In this document: positions 1 to 10,423 of the stretch, piece by piece
Layout: the number at the start of each line of letters is the position of its first letter
How positions within the stretch are numbered: position 1 is the first letter of the stretch
Assembly (NCBI GenBank): GCA_017936845.1
Contig: JAGBES010000025.1
Location: forward strand, 1-63,736
Direction: 5' to 3'
DNA length: 63,736 nt
From: Bacilli bacterium
GTDB lineage: Bacteria > Bacillota_I > Bacilli_A > RF39 > UBA660
Made by a program: the position numbers and the translations under genes
Notes under the pieces: generated by a model
Database searches by the model: none
Told to the model about the DNA's origin: nothing
The model's input: the letters and a program-made list of their open reading frames with translations, nothing else

Positions 1-141
1 GAATTTATTGATGATATTATTTGGGATAATAACAATTATCGACCAAGTTATGCATTAAATTATAAAACCCCAATTGAATATAGAACTCAATTAGGGTTTC
101 AATAATACTTTTTTAGTGTCTACTTTTTGTTGACAACTTCA
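1..141 (+). mobile_element. IS3-family insertion sequence, right end (transposase C-terminus 1-105 plus terminal IR ending in CA)
   Basis: Frame 1 reads EFIDDIIWDNNNYRPSYALNYKTPIEYRTQLGFQ*, resembling the IS3 OrfB C-terminal N-x-x-R-P-x-x-x-L-x-x-K-T-P motif. It is followed by TGTCTACTTTTTGTTGACAACTTCA, an IS3-like end. Confidence 0.75.
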
Positions 142-177
142 GAAAAATTCTTAACTTTTTTTTAATGATATATTTTA

Positions 178-993
178 TTATAAGAATATAAGAATTAAAA
201 TACCTACTATTAAGCAGTAATAAACAAAATAAATAAGTTTTCCGTTTTTTACTAAGTTTTTAAACCATTTAGTTCCAATATAAGTAAAGATAAAGGCAAA
301 TATCATACTAATAATATATAAACAAATTGTATTTAAATTTAGATTGGCATCAAACAAATCTTTAAATCCTAATAAAGTAGTTGCTACACTAATAGGAATA
401 TATAAAAGAAATGAAAAATTAAATGCAGTTTCTCTTTTAAAATTTCTAAACATACCACCTACTATAGTAGAACCACTTCTACTTATTCCAGGAATTAATG
501 CTACAACTTGAAATAATCCAACAATTAAAGCATCTTTTAAAGTTATATTTTTTTTATCTTTCTTACCTTTAAAGTCTTTAATTAAGAATAAGAAAAATCC
601 TGTAACTAATAAAGTAATACCAACAAATTTAACATTTTCTTCTAAGAAATCAAAAATTCCTAATTTAGTAACAATAAGTCCCATAATACCTGCTGGTATA
701 GTTGCAAATATTATATACCAAGAATATTTATAATTAGAATAATATTTTTTATCTTTTGTTTTTAAATATTTAAAGAAAGAATTAATTAAACTAAATATTT
801 CATCTTTAAATATTAAACATATAGCAATAAAACTACCAAAATTAGTTATAGTTGCTAATATACCATAATCAATATTATCAATACCACCAACTAATTTTTG
901 AAAAATAAGTAAATGTCCACTAGATGAAACTGGTATTGGTTCAGTTATACCTTGTATAAATCCTAAAAAAATAAAAATAATCAAATTTATCAT
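178..993 (-). CDS. uppP: undecaprenyl-diphosphate phosphatase
   Basis: QGITEPIPVSSSGH and PGISRSG motifs; multi-TM. Confidence 0.95.
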   Translation of the reverse strand: MINLIIFIFLGFIQGITEPIPVSSSGHLLIFQKLVGGIDNIDYGILATITNFGSFIAICLIFKDEIFSLINSFFKYLKTKDKKYYSNYKYSWYIIFATIPAGIMGLIVTKLGIFDFLEENVKFVGITLLVTGFFLFLIKDFKGKKDKKNITLKDALIVGLFQVVALIPGISRSGSTIVGGMFRNFKRETAFNFSFLLYIPISVATTLLGFKDLFDANLNLNTICLYIISMIFAFIFTYIGTKWFKNLVKNGKLIYFVYYCLIVGILILIFL

Positions 994-1074
994 AAAATCA
1001 CCTTAATACATTATACACTAAAAAAATAATTTAATAAATATAAAAATAATAAATATTATTAAGTAGGTGATATA

Positions 1075-1299
1075 ATGTATCAAAAAATACTTTTATTTCT
1101 ATTAGGATTTGGATTATCAATAATAGGATTTATATTTATAATAAGTTACTTAAATTTACTTACAATAGGGTATAATTTTTTATATTATGTCAATTTTATT
1201 ATTAGAAGAATAGAATGTTTATATGCACCAATTGGTTTGATTTTAATTTTTATTTCAATAAATATAGATAAAGGAGAAAAATATGAATTACATATATGA
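1075..1299 (+). CDS. small two-TM hypothetical membrane protein
   Basis: AGGTGA SD, two hydrophobic stretches, overlaps the next gene. Confidence 0.7.
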   Translation: MYQKILLFLLGFGLSIIGFIFIISYLNLLTIGYNFLYYVNFIIRRIECLYAPIGLILIFISINIDKGEKYELHI

Positions 1300-1906
1300 T
1301 ATTTTACTAAATTTTAAAGAAGAATATTATGATTTTTATGACTGGAATAAAAATGATAATATAGTTCATATAAGAAAAATACCTATACTAAAAATAGATA
1401 CAATAGATTTATATAATATAAAAAATAATAAAATAAAAATAGAATTAAAATTTTTAGAAAAAATTAGAAATAAAACAGAAATATTTACATCAAAAACAGT
1501 AAAAAATATAGAATATGCTTTTTTATTAAGTGATGGTAAAAAGGTATTAGCAATTTTAAAACAAGATAAAAAAATAAAAAAGAGTTCCTTATTAATAGAT
1601 GAAGAAATGGATGTTTTAGAAGAAATTGAAAGAGAAGAAATGACAAAAATAGAATATAAAATAGTAGATAAAGAAGAAACAAAAGAACTAAAAACAAGAA
1701 AGCAAAATGAAATAGAAAAATTTGTTAAAAAAGAATTAGAAAAAATAAAAAATCAAGATGAAAAATTAAAGTATATATATTATGAATGTTTTAATAAAAA
1801 AGAAAAATCAAAAGAAAAAATATTAATAGAACTAAATAATATAAATAATCATATAATAAATGAAAAATTATATAAATTTTTCAAATTAATAGAAGTAAAA
1901 AAATAA
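1283..1906 (+). CDS. DUF3603 / YjbA (MdfA)-like protein
   Basis: FYDWNKND..IPILKID, EYAFLLSDG and KTRKQ..LKYIYYE resemble B. subtilis YjbA as recalled. Confidence 0.7.
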   Translation: MNYIYDILLNFKEEYYDFYDWNKNDNIVHIRKIPILKIDTIDLYNIKNNKIKIELKFLEKIRNKTEIFTSKTVKNIEYAFLLSDGKKVLAILKQDKKIKKSSLLIDEEMDVLEEIEREEMTKIEYKIVDKEETKELKTRKQNEIEKFVKKELEKIKNQDEKLKYIYYECFNKKEKSKEKILIELNNINNHIINEKLYKFFKLIEVKK

Positions 1907-1956
1907 TATGAATAAAAAAGATAGAAATGATAATAATAGTAATAAGGAGGAATTTT

Positions 1957-2511
1957 ATGAAAAGATTAGCAATTTTTTTATTAGCACTTATAACTGTAAC
2001 AGGATGCTCTTGTGGTAATACTAAGCTTACACAAGATACACCAAAGAAAAAGGTAGAAACATTTTTTTCAAACTATCAAACACTCAATGATGATGTATTA
2101 ACACAATTAGATGACGTTGTAAATAAACAAACAGATTTTACAGAAGATCAAAAAAATGAATATAGAGAATTGATGAAAAAGCATTACAAAAATTTAACTT
2201 ATGAAATAAAAGATGAGGTAATAGATGGCGATAATGCTACTGTTACAGTAGAAATAGAAGTTACTGATTATTCAAAAATAATGACAGATGCTGATACTTA
2301 TCTTTCTGAACATCCAGAACAATTTAATAATGAAGAAGGAGTATATGATGTAAGTTTATTTACAAAATATCGTTTAGAAAAATTAAAAGATGCAAAAGAT
2401 AAAGTTAAATATACACTTAATTTAACGCTTACAAAAGTAAATGATGAATGGGTAATGGATACAATAAGTGATACAGATGAAAGTAAAATTCATGGAATGT
2501 ATGTATATTAA
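1957..2511 (+). CDS. lipoprotein of unknown function
   Basis: AGGAGG SD before ATG 1957; signal peptide with lipobox VTGC. Confidence 0.8.
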   Translation: MKRLAIFLLALITVTGCSCGNTKLTQDTPKKKVETFFSNYQTLNDDVLTQLDDVVNKQTDFTEDQKNEYRELMKKHYKNLTYEIKDEVIDGDNATVTVEIEVTDYSKIMTDADTYLSEHPEQFNNEEGVYDVSLFTKYRLEKLKDAKDKVKYTLNLTLTKVNDEWVMDTISDTDESKIHGMYVY

Positions 2512-2531
2512 AGACTATAAAGTCTTTTTTT
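2510..2531 (+). terminator. intrinsic terminator
   Basis: AAAGACT-ataa-AGTCTTT followed by a T-run. Confidence 0.65.
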
Positions 2532-2579
2532 CTATGCAATAATATTGTATAATATTAATAATAGTGGGATGGTGATTTT

Positions 2580-3863
2580 ATGAAAATAAAAGTATTTTTG
2601 TTAAGTATTTTCTTTTTATTATTCATAGTTCTACTAAATTTAAAATTAGAAAATATAAGTTTTAAGATAATTAATAAAGAAAAATTAACAACCAATGAAG
2701 AACAAAAAATTTTAGATAAATATAACTATACAAATAAATATAGTTGTAATAAAGTAAAAGTAATAGATGAAAAAGGAAAAATCCTAGGGAATTATGATTT
2801 AGAAACATATGTTGCAGGTGTAGTATCGGGAGAAACTCATATAATAGATGATTCTGAAACTTTTAAAGCTATGTCAGTAGCAATTAGAACATATACATTA
2901 TATGTTACAGATAATTGTAAATATTCAATTATAAATAGCGAAGCAAATCAAGTAATGGATAATCCTAATATAGTATCTAAAAAAATAAAAGAAGCTGTAA
3001 AAAGTACAGAAGGTGAAATATTAACATTAGATGATAAATTAGTAAAAGCTGAATATGATTCATTCTATAAAGGTGGCAATTTTTATTGTGATTACAAATA
3101 TTGTTACAATACATATTATAAAGTTGGAAATAATAATATAAAACCAACAACACATAAAATAAAAGTTCCAAAAAGTTATTATAATGATTTAGCTGGAGGA
3201 CATGGTAATGGATTAAGTCAATATGGAGCAAAATATTTATCAAGTATAGGTTATAATTATAAAGATATACTTAAATATTTTTATGCAGTTGGCATAAAAA
3301 TAAGTACAATAATAAAACCAAATATAGATGGACTTGAAATAGATGAAGATAATTTTCTAACTAGAAGAACAAAACCAAATAGAAAAAATAAATTTTATTA
3401 TACAAATGAAAAAGCAAATAGTTTAGAAGGAGACTCTACTTGGTATGTAACATCTAGAGCAAATGAAATACTTAATGAACAAAAAATAAGTTATTTGAAA
3501 AATCCAAATGATTATTGTAATATAAATGCTTTTAATAAATCATATGAATACAATAAACCAAAAAAAGGAGCAATAATTAGTTGGGGAAAACATTTAGCTA
3601 TAGTAGAAAATGTATACGAAGATAACAAAATAGATATAACTGAATCATATATAGGTTTAGGATATTATGGAATACAGATGGCTAATGAATATTTAAATCC
3701 TACAGGAAAATTTTATAATGAGAAAACAAATATAGAAGATAGAAAATATAATTGTGAAAATAATAATTCTGGTTGCTTTAAAAGAACAGATAATATAAGT
3801 TTAGAACAAATAAAAAATAGATGGGGATATGATTTTAAATGTTACATATATTTAATAGATTAA
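2580..3863 (+). CDS. SpoIID/LytB-domain plus CHAP-like-domain cell-wall hydrolase
   Basis: LETYVAGVVSGE, KAMSVAIRTY and GHGNGLSQYGA (SpoIID); GDSTWYV, PKKGAIISWG-HLAIVE and ITES (CHAP); N-terminal TM. Confidence 0.85.
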   Translation: MKIKVFLLSIFFLLFIVLLNLKLENISFKIINKEKLTTNEEQKILDKYNYTNKYSCNKVKVIDEKGKILGNYDLETYVAGVVSGETHIIDDSETFKAMSVAIRTYTLYVTDNCKYSIINSEANQVMDNPNIVSKKIKEAVKSTEGEILTLDDKLVKAEYDSFYKGGNFYCDYKYCYNTYYKVGNNNIKPTTHKIKVPKSYYNDLAGGHGNGLSQYGAKYLSSIGYNYKDILKYFYAVGIKISTIIKPNIDGLEIDEDNFLTRRTKPNRKNKFYYTNEKANSLEGDSTWYVTSRANEILNEQKISYLKNPNDYCNINAFNKSYEYNKPKKGAIISWGKHLAIVENVYEDNKIDITESYIGLGYYGIQMANEYLNPTGKFYNEKTNIEDRKYNCENNNSGCFKRTDNISLEQIKNRWGYDFKCYIYLID

Positions 3864-4576
3864 AAAAAATATCAATAATATTTATAATTCTTATATTAAC
3901 AGGTTGTAAAGCAACATATAACTTAAATATAGATAATACAGCTAATATAAAAGAAATAACAGAAATAATAGAAGAAAAAAAAGAAGTATTTGATAAAAAA
4001 AATGAAAATTTGTATGATGTAACTCCAAGCGATTATTTAAAAACAGATTTAAAGTGGCCTACTCCTGTACTAAAAGATGTTGAAATAAATCCATATGAAC
4101 CAATAAAAATAAATAATACAAACTATTATACTAAAAGTGATTTATCAAGCTATAATAGAATAGGAATAAGATATTCATATAATTTTAAAAAAAGTGAATA
4201 TAAAAAATCAAATATTTTAAATACATGTTATGATTATAAGATAATAATTAAAGATGATAAAATTTATTTTAAAACAAATAGTAGTTTTAAATGTTTTGAT
4301 AAATATAAATTATTAGAAGAAGTAACATTTAACTTAAATACAACATGCAAAGTAAAAAATAATAATGCTGATAAAAAAGAAGAAAAATATATATGGAATA
4401 TAACAAAAAATAATTATCAAAATAAAACTATAGAATTTGAACTGGATTGTCAAAAAAAACAGACTAAAAAAATAAATTATTATTATATAATTATTGTAGT
4501 AACAATTTATATATTATTAATAGTATTGATTTACATATTAGCAAAAAGAAAAAGAGAAAAAAATAATAAAATATAA
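3839..4576 (+). CDS. lipoprotein with C-terminal TM anchor
   Basis: LILTGC lipobox; C-terminal hydrophobic helix plus basic tail. Confidence 0.7.
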   Translation: MLHIFNRLKKISIIFIILILTGCKATYNLNIDNTANIKEITEIIEEKKEVFDKKNENLYDVTPSDYLKTDLKWPTPVLKDVEINPYEPIKINNTNYYTKSDLSSYNRIGIRYSYNFKKSEYKKSNILNTCYDYKIIIKDDKIYFKTNSSFKCFDKYKLLEEVTFNLNTTCKVKNNNADKKEEKYIWNITKNNYQNKTIEFELDCQKKQTKKINYYYIIIVVTIYILLIVLIYILAKRKREKNNKI

Positions 4577-4595
4577 GGACGTAATTGTCCTTTTT
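4568..4595 (+). repeat. 28-bp direct repeat copy 1 (gene end plus terminator) upstream of ugd
   Basis: AAAATATAAGGACgtaatTGTCCTTTTT; 26/28 identical to 5870-5897. Confidence 0.8.
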
Positions 4596-4694
4596 AAATT
4601 TATTTATAAGAATAGTATTAAACAAAAAATATTGTAAATAAATATAAAATATATTATAATATAAAAAAAATTAGAAATTTGAATGGAGAAAAAT

Positions 4695-5861
4695 ATGAAA
4701 ATAGCAGTAGCAGGAACAGGATATGTAGGGTTATCACTTGCAACCTTACTTAGCCAAAAATATGAAGTATATGCACTTGATATAATAGAAGAGAAAGTTA
4801 ATATGATTAACAATAGGATTTCTCCTATTAAAGATGAATATATAGAAAAGTTTTTTAAAGAAAAAAAATTAAATTTAACAGCAACTTTAGAATATAAAGA
4901 AGCATTTACGAATGCTAATTTTGTAATAATTAGTACACCAACTAATTATGATGCTGTTAATGGGTATTTTGATACTTCAAGTGTAGAAGATATTATAAAA
5001 AAAGTAATTGATATGAATATTGATACTACTATAGTAATAAAAAGTACTATACCAATTGGTTTTGTTGATAATATGAAGAAAAAATATAATATTAATAATA
5101 TTATGTTTTCACCAGAATTTTTAAGAGAAGGAAAGGCTTTATATGATAATCTATATCCATCTAGGATTATAATTGGAGAAAAGAGCAAAAAAGCTTTAGA
5201 ATTTGCTGATTTATTAAAATCAACTGCACTTAAAGAAGATATACCGGTTAAATTTATGGATTCTAAAGAAGCAGAATCAGTAAAATTATTTTCAAATACT
5301 TTTTTAGCAATTAGAGTTTCATATTTTAATGAATTAGATACATATGCAGAACTTAAAGGATTAAATACTAAGGATATAATAGAAGGTGTTTGTTTAGATC
5401 CTAGAATTGGAAATTATTATAATAATCCATCATTTGGATATGGAGGATATTGTTTACCAAAAGATACAAAACAGTTATTAGCAAACTATAAAGATGTTCC
5501 TCAAAACCTAATAGAGGCTATAGTTAAATCTAATGATACTAGAAAAAGTCATATAGCTGAAATGGTGTTAAAAAGAAAACCTAAAATAGTTGGTATATAT
5601 AGATTAACTATGAAAAGTAATTCAGATAATTTTAGAGATAGTGCTATTCAAGGAGTAATAGAACATCTAATATCAAAAAATATAAAAATAATTATATATG
5701 AACCTACATTACAAGAAAAAGAATTTAACGGTTTAGAAGTAATAAATAATCTATCACTATTCAAACAAAAAAGTAATATAATTTTAGCAAATAGAATAGA
5801 TGATGATATAAATGATGTGAAAGAAAAAATTTATACAAGAGATATCTTTTTAACAAATTAA
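4695..5861 (+). CDS. ugd: UDP-glucose 6-dehydrogenase
   Basis: [10 protein letters not shown] Rossmann motif, [19 protein letters not shown]; start moved to the ATG after GGAG. Confidence 0.95.
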   Translation: MKIAVAGTGYVGLSLATLLSQKYEVYALDIIEEKVNMINNRISPIKDEYIEKFFKEKKLNLTATLEYKEAFTNANFVIISTPTNYDAVNGYFDTSSVEDIIKKVIDMNIDTTIVIKSTIPIGFVDNMKKKYNINNIMFSPEFLREGKALYDNLYPSRIIIGEKSKKALEFADLLKSTALKEDIPVKFMDSKEAESVKLFSNTFLAIRVSYFNELDTYAELKGLNTKDIIEGVCLDPRIGNYYNNPSFGYGGYCLPKDTKQLLANYKDVPQNLIEAIVKSNDTRKSHIAEMVLKRKPKIVGIYRLTMKSNSDNFRDSAIQGVIEHLISKNIKIIIYEPTLQEKEFNGLEVINNLSLFKQKSNIILANRIDDDINDVKEKIYTRDIFLTN

Positions 5862-5869
5862 ATTATATA

Positions 5870-5897
5870 AAAATATAAGGACATAGTTGTCCTTTTT
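5870..5897 (+). repeat. 28-bp direct repeat copy 2 (terminator) downstream of ugd
   Basis: AAAATATAAGGACatagtTGTCCTTTTT. Confidence 0.8.
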
Positions 5898-5908
5898 TTT
5901 CATATTAT
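5881..5908 (+). promoter_or_regulatory. putative sigma-E promoter of dacB-spmAB
   Basis: ACATAGT-N13-CATATTAT; this operon is sigma-E dependent in B. subtilis. Confidence 0.45.
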
Positions 5909-5923
5909 TAAATAGGTGATAAA

Positions 5924-7012
5924 GTGAAAAGAATAATTTTATTAATGATTACAATTTTTATGATAATACCTAGTAATGTTAAAGCAATAACAACTAGTGC
6001 TACAAGCTCTATTTTAATGGATATGGATTCAAATAGAATATTATATAGTGATGATATACATAATATAAGATCAGTAGCAAGTATTTCAAAAATAATGACA
6101 GCAATACTTGCAATTGAATCAGGAAAAATGAATAATAAAGTAATAATAGGAAATGAAATAAAAAAAGCATATGGATCAGGCATATATATAAAAGAAGGAG
6201 AAGAATTAACATTAAGAGATTTAGTATATGGTCTTATGCTTAGAAGTGGTAATGATGCAGCCCTTGCAATTGCTAATTATGTGAGTAAAGATACAGAAAC
6301 ATTTGTTAAATTAATGAATAAAAAGGCAGAAGAACTAGGTATGAATGACTCGACATTTAATAATCCAAGTGGTTTAGATAATGAAAAAGGAAATTATTCA
6401 AGCGCATATGATATGGCTATTTTAATGAGTTACGCCTCAAAAAATGAAGAATTTAAAAAAATAACTAAAACCAAGAAATATACTCTTAAAACTAATATGA
6501 ATACCTACATTTGGTATAATAAAAACAAACTACTGTCAAATTATAAATATGCTACAGGTGGAAAAACAGGATTTACGGAAATTGCACGTAGAACATTGGT
6601 AACAACAGCGTCCAAAAATGATTTAAATTTAGTAGTAGTAACACTTAATGATGGTAATGATTGGACAGATCATAAAAATCTATTTGAATATGGATTTGAA
6701 AAATATAAAAAATATAAAATACTTGATAAAAATAAATTTGAAGTAAAAGATGATACATATTATGATAAATATAAATTATATATAAAAAATGATTATAGTT
6801 ATCCTATATTAAATGGAGAGGAACAAAATATATTAGTTAAGATAGAATTAAAAAAAATAAGAAAATTAGAAGATAATCAAAAAGTTGGAGAAGCTAATAT
6901 ATATTTAAGTGATGAAAAAATACATACTGAAAATATATTTATTAAATTAAATAAAGAAAAAAAGATAAGTATCATTACTAAAATAAAGAAATGGATAAAA
7001 AATATATGGTAA
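5924..7012 (+). CDS. dacB: D-alanyl-D-alanine carboxypeptidase (spore cortex)
   Basis: SISK, SGN and KTG motifs; directly upstream of spmA-spmB. Confidence 0.9.
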   Translation: MKRIILLMITIFMIIPSNVKAITTSATSSILMDMDSNRILYSDDIHNIRSVASISKIMTAILAIESGKMNNKVIIGNEIKKAYGSGIYIKEGEELTLRDLVYGLMLRSGNDAALAIANYVSKDTETFVKLMNKKAEELGMNDSTFNNPSGLDNEKGNYSSAYDMAILMSYASKNEEFKKITKTKKYTLKTNMNTYIWYNKNKLLSNYKYATGGKTGFTEIARRTLVTTASKNDLNLVVVTLNDGNDWTDHKNLFEYGFEKYKKYKILDKNKFEVKDDTYYDKYKLYIKNDYSYPILNGEEQNILVKIELKKIRKLEDNQKVGEANIYLSDEKIHTENIFIKLNKEKKISIITKIKKWIKNIW

Positions 7013-7590
7013 ATAAAATATGGTGTTTCTTTATAGTAAGTGGGATAATTATGTGTTTATTAAATGGAAAAGAAGAAATAATAAATAAAGAAATACTTAA
7101 TTCAACAACTACTTCATTAGATATGATTTTAAAATTATTACCAATAATGGCATTATGGTTAGGAATAATGAATATTGCTAAAAAATCAGGATTACTAGAT
7201 AAAATATCAAAAAAAATAAATCCTTTATTAAAAATTATATTTCCTGAAATTCCAAAAAATCATGAATCATTAAACTATATATCCTCTAATATAATAGCTA
7301 ATATGTGTGGTCTTGGAAATGCAGCAACACCATTTGGACTTAAGGCTATGAAGTCATTACAAGAACTTAATAATAAAAAAGATACTGCAACTAGAAGTAT
7401 GATAACTTTTTTAGTTATAAATACAAGTGGAGTAACAATTATTCCAACAACAATTATATCACTTAGAATGATGTATAAAAGTGCATCACCAACAGAAATA
7501 GTATTGCCTTGTATAATAGCGACTACTATAGCTACAATATCAGGAATAATAATGGATCGTATAATAGCAAGAAGGTGTAAAAATAAATAA
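7006..7590 (+). CDS. spmA: spore maturation protein A
   Basis: MVNKIW, LWLGIMNIA, GLGNAATPFGLKAM, INTSGVTIIPTT. Confidence 0.92.
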   Translation: MVNKIWCFFIVSGIIMCLLNGKEEIINKEILNSTTTSLDMILKLLPIMALWLGIMNIAKKSGLLDKISKKINPLLKIIFPEIPKNHESLNYISSNIIANMCGLGNAATPFGLKAMKSLQELNNKKDTATRSMITFLVINTSGVTIIPTTIISLRMMYKSASPTEIVLPCIIATTIATISGIIMDRIIARRCKNK

Positions 7591-8101
7591 CCTATCAAAT
7601 ATAATATTACCAATAATTATTCTATCTGTTATGATATATGGAATAAAAAAGAAGATTGATTTATATGATACTTTTATAGAAGGATCAAAAGAAAGCTTTG
7701 ACTTAGTTTTTTCAATGTTTCCATGTATGTTAGCAATGATATTTAGCTTGAATATATTTTTAAAAAGTGGGGTAATAAACTATATATTTGAATTATTAAA
7801 ACCAATAGTTAATATTTTAAAAATACCAGCAGAAGTATTTCCAATGATGATTTTAAGACCTATATCAGGAAGTGCATCTTTAGCATTTTTAAATAATATA
7901 TTTGAAACATATGGACCAGATTCAATAATAGGAATATTATCATCAGTAGTTCAAGGATCTACGGATACAACATTTTATGTTTTAACACTTTATTTTGGGA
8001 GTATAGGAATAAAAAAAATAAGATATTCATTATGGGTAGGATTATTTGCTGATTTAATAGGAATATTATCAGCAATCATAGTTGTAAAAATATTTTTTTA
8101 A
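7583..8101 (+). CDS. spmB: spore maturation protein B (probable non-canonical ATA start at 7583; first ATG at 7631)
   Basis: YDTFIEGSKE, RPISGSAS, GSTDTTFYVLTLYFGS; the frame extends upstream as (I)NNLSNIILPIIILSV. Confidence 0.88.
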   Translation: MNNLSNIILPIIILSVMIYGIKKKIDLYDTFIEGSKESFDLVFSMFPCMLAMIFSLNIFLKSGVINYIFELLKPIVNILKIPAEVFPMMILRPISGSASLAFLNNIFETYGPDSIIGILSSVVQGSTDTTFYVLTLYFGSIGIKKIRYSLWVGLFADLIGILSAIIVVKIFF

Positions 8102-8191
8102 AAATACAATTTTTTGTATTTTTTTTATATATGAAATTTAGATTGAAAAAAATTTATAAATATATTATAATGAACTAGTTAAGGTGATAAG

Positions 8192-9379
8192 ATGAAGTAT
8201 GATTTTAGAAAAATATTTGTGCTAATAAGTATTATATTTATAAGTTTTATGATAGGTTTTTATGGTACTAGACTTATTTATTATTATAAACAAGAAAATA
8301 GAAAAGATAATAAAAGTTATACACTTATAAAATATATAACAAAAGAAGAAAATCTATTAAATAGTACAATAGTAAAAGATAAAAATAACTACTATTTTCA
8401 TAAAAAAACAGAAAATAATTATTTATACTATAGCGGATTAATGTATAGAATACTATATTTAAATGATAAAAGTATTTATGCTATAACAGAAGAAGTAGTA
8501 ACAAATTTAAAATATGGTCAAGATGAAAATTATGATTCTTCAGATATAAAAGAATGGTTAAATAATGTATATAAGAAAAATTTAAATCAAGAATATATAA
8601 AAAATATAACATTGCTAGATAAAGATACATTTTATAAAATAGGAGAAGAAAAAAGCTATGTTATAGGTAATGATTTTTGGGTATTAGATAAAAATAAAGC
8701 TTTAGTAGTAGATGAAAATGGTAATTTAACAAAAACTAATAATTATAGTGATTTTTTAGGAGTAAAACCAGTAGTAGAAATAGATGGAACAAAAGATTAT
8801 ATAACTGGTGATGGAACAAAAGAAAATCCATATTTATTAGAGAACAAAAGTAATAATACTCTAAATGATATTTATGTAGGAGAATATATAAAATATAAAA
8901 ATATAGATTTAAGAGTAATAGAAAAGAATAATGATGGAATTAAAGTATTAAGTTTAAATAAATTAGATGAAAAATGTAGTTTTTCTAATTATACAAATAA
9001 ATATCAATTAAAATATAAAAGTGATCTAGGATATTACTTAAATAATACATATATTAAAAAATTAAATAAAAAGGATTTAATTCAAACAAATTGGTATATA
9101 GGTGAATATAAAACAACTTATAAAGAAACAGAAGATAAATATATAAATACATATATAGGCTTATTAAAAATAGGAGATTATTTTATAAATAGTATTCCAA
9201 ATAGTTATTTAATAACACCAAATAATAAAGATATCTATATAATAAATGATAAAAAAACATTATATACAAATAAAACAAATGAAAAACTTGATATATATCC
9301 TGTATTTACTTTAAATAAAAATTTAATTATAAAAAGTGGATCTGGATATAAAAATAATCCTTATATAGTAGGTGATTAA
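8192..9379 (+). CDS. membrane-anchored extracellular protein with an internally duplicated domain
   Basis: N-terminal TM; two similar halves ending GDGTKENPY and GSGYKNNPY. Confidence 0.75.
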   Translation: MKYDFRKIFVLISIIFISFMIGFYGTRLIYYYKQENRKDNKSYTLIKYITKEENLLNSTIVKDKNNYYFHKKTENNYLYYSGLMYRILYLNDKSIYAITEEVVTNLKYGQDENYDSSDIKEWLNNVYKKNLNQEYIKNITLLDKDTFYKIGEEKSYVIGNDFWVLDKNKALVVDENGNLTKTNNYSDFLGVKPVVEIDGTKDYITGDGTKENPYLLENKSNNTLNDIYVGEYIKYKNIDLRVIEKNNDGIKVLSLNKLDEKCSFSNYTNKYQLKYKSDLGYYLNNTYIKKLNKKDLIQTNWYIGEYKTTYKETEDKYINTYIGLLKIGDYFINSIPNSYLITPNNKDIYIINDKKTLYTNKTNEKLDIYPVFTLNKNLIIKSGSGYKNNPYIVGD

Positions 9380-10411
9380 ATGAAAACAAGAATAAAAACA
9401 TGGGTTATATTAATATTTATAATACTAGATATAGGAGCTATATCTTGTCTTATTTTAGCTTATGGTCCAAATAAAAAATTTAAAAACTTTTTAGTAACAA
9501 CAGCTATGGCTACAATGAATCATAAATATTTAGCAAAAACAATATATAGTGAAAAAACTATAAATCAAGTATTAAAAGAAAATACAATAATAGAGTTAGA
9601 TGAATCAACCAATACAAATGCTATAAAAATAGGTACTTATGAAACAAAAAATTATGAATCAAAATACGAAGAGGAAATATTAAAAAAAGATGAAAATAAT
9701 AGTTTATATAAAATAATCAAACATAAAGAAAATGGAAAAACATTTTATATAACGGTAATATATGATCCATCAAAAATAAGTTTAGCTTTATCATCAAATC
9801 CAGGAGTAATAGGTGATACAATAAAAACAATAGCTAAAGATAATAATGCGATAATTGCTATAAATGCTAGCGGATTTGAAGATTATGGAGGAAATGGTAG
9901 TGGTGCTAGAGCAACAGGAGCAGTTATAAAAAATGGAAAATTAGTATGGAATGGTAAACCAAATAAATGGGGTGGAGGTTTAATAGGATTTAATAAAGAA
10001 CATAAATTAGTTTTAACAAAAGAAAGTCCTACCATAGCTATAAAAACAGGAATGGTAGATGCTGTAACATTTGGCCCATTTTTAATAGTTAATGGAAAAG
10101 AAGCAACTGTTTTAGGTAATGGTGGAACAGGTGTTCATCCAAGGACAATAATAGCTCAAAGACAAGATGGAATAGTATTATTTATAGTAATAGATGGAAA
10201 TGGTAATAAAACAGGATACCGTGGAGGCGTAAATTATAAAGAAATGATTGAATTACTAAATAACTATAAAGCATATAATGCCGCTAATTTAGATGGAGGA
10301 GCATCTAGTATATTAGTAGAAAATAATGAAATAATAAATAACCCAGTAGGATATTCTAATACAGGAGAAAGAAGACATCCTAATGCATGGATAGTAAAAA
10401 ATGAAGAATAA
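9380..10411 (+). CDS. phosphodiester glycosidase (NAGPA/EpsL-like) family protein
   Basis: AINASGF, FGPFLIVNG, HPRTIIAQ, AANLDGGAS. Confidence 0.88.
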   Translation: MKTRIKTWVILIFIILDIGAISCLILAYGPNKKFKNFLVTTAMATMNHKYLAKTIYSEKTINQVLKENTIIELDESTNTNAIKIGTYETKNYESKYEEEILKKDENNSLYKIIKHKENGKTFYITVIYDPSKISLALSSNPGVIGDTIKTIAKDNNAIIAINASGFEDYGGNGSGARATGAVIKNGKLVWNGKPNKWGGGLIGFNKEHKLVLTKESPTIAIKTGMVDAVTFGPFLIVNGKEATVLGNGGTGVHPRTIIAQRQDGIVLFIVIDGNGNKTGYRGGVNYKEMIELLNNYKAYNAANLDGGASSILVENNEIINNPVGYSNTGERRHPNAWIVKNEE

Positions 10412-10423
10412 TCTTCTTTTTTT

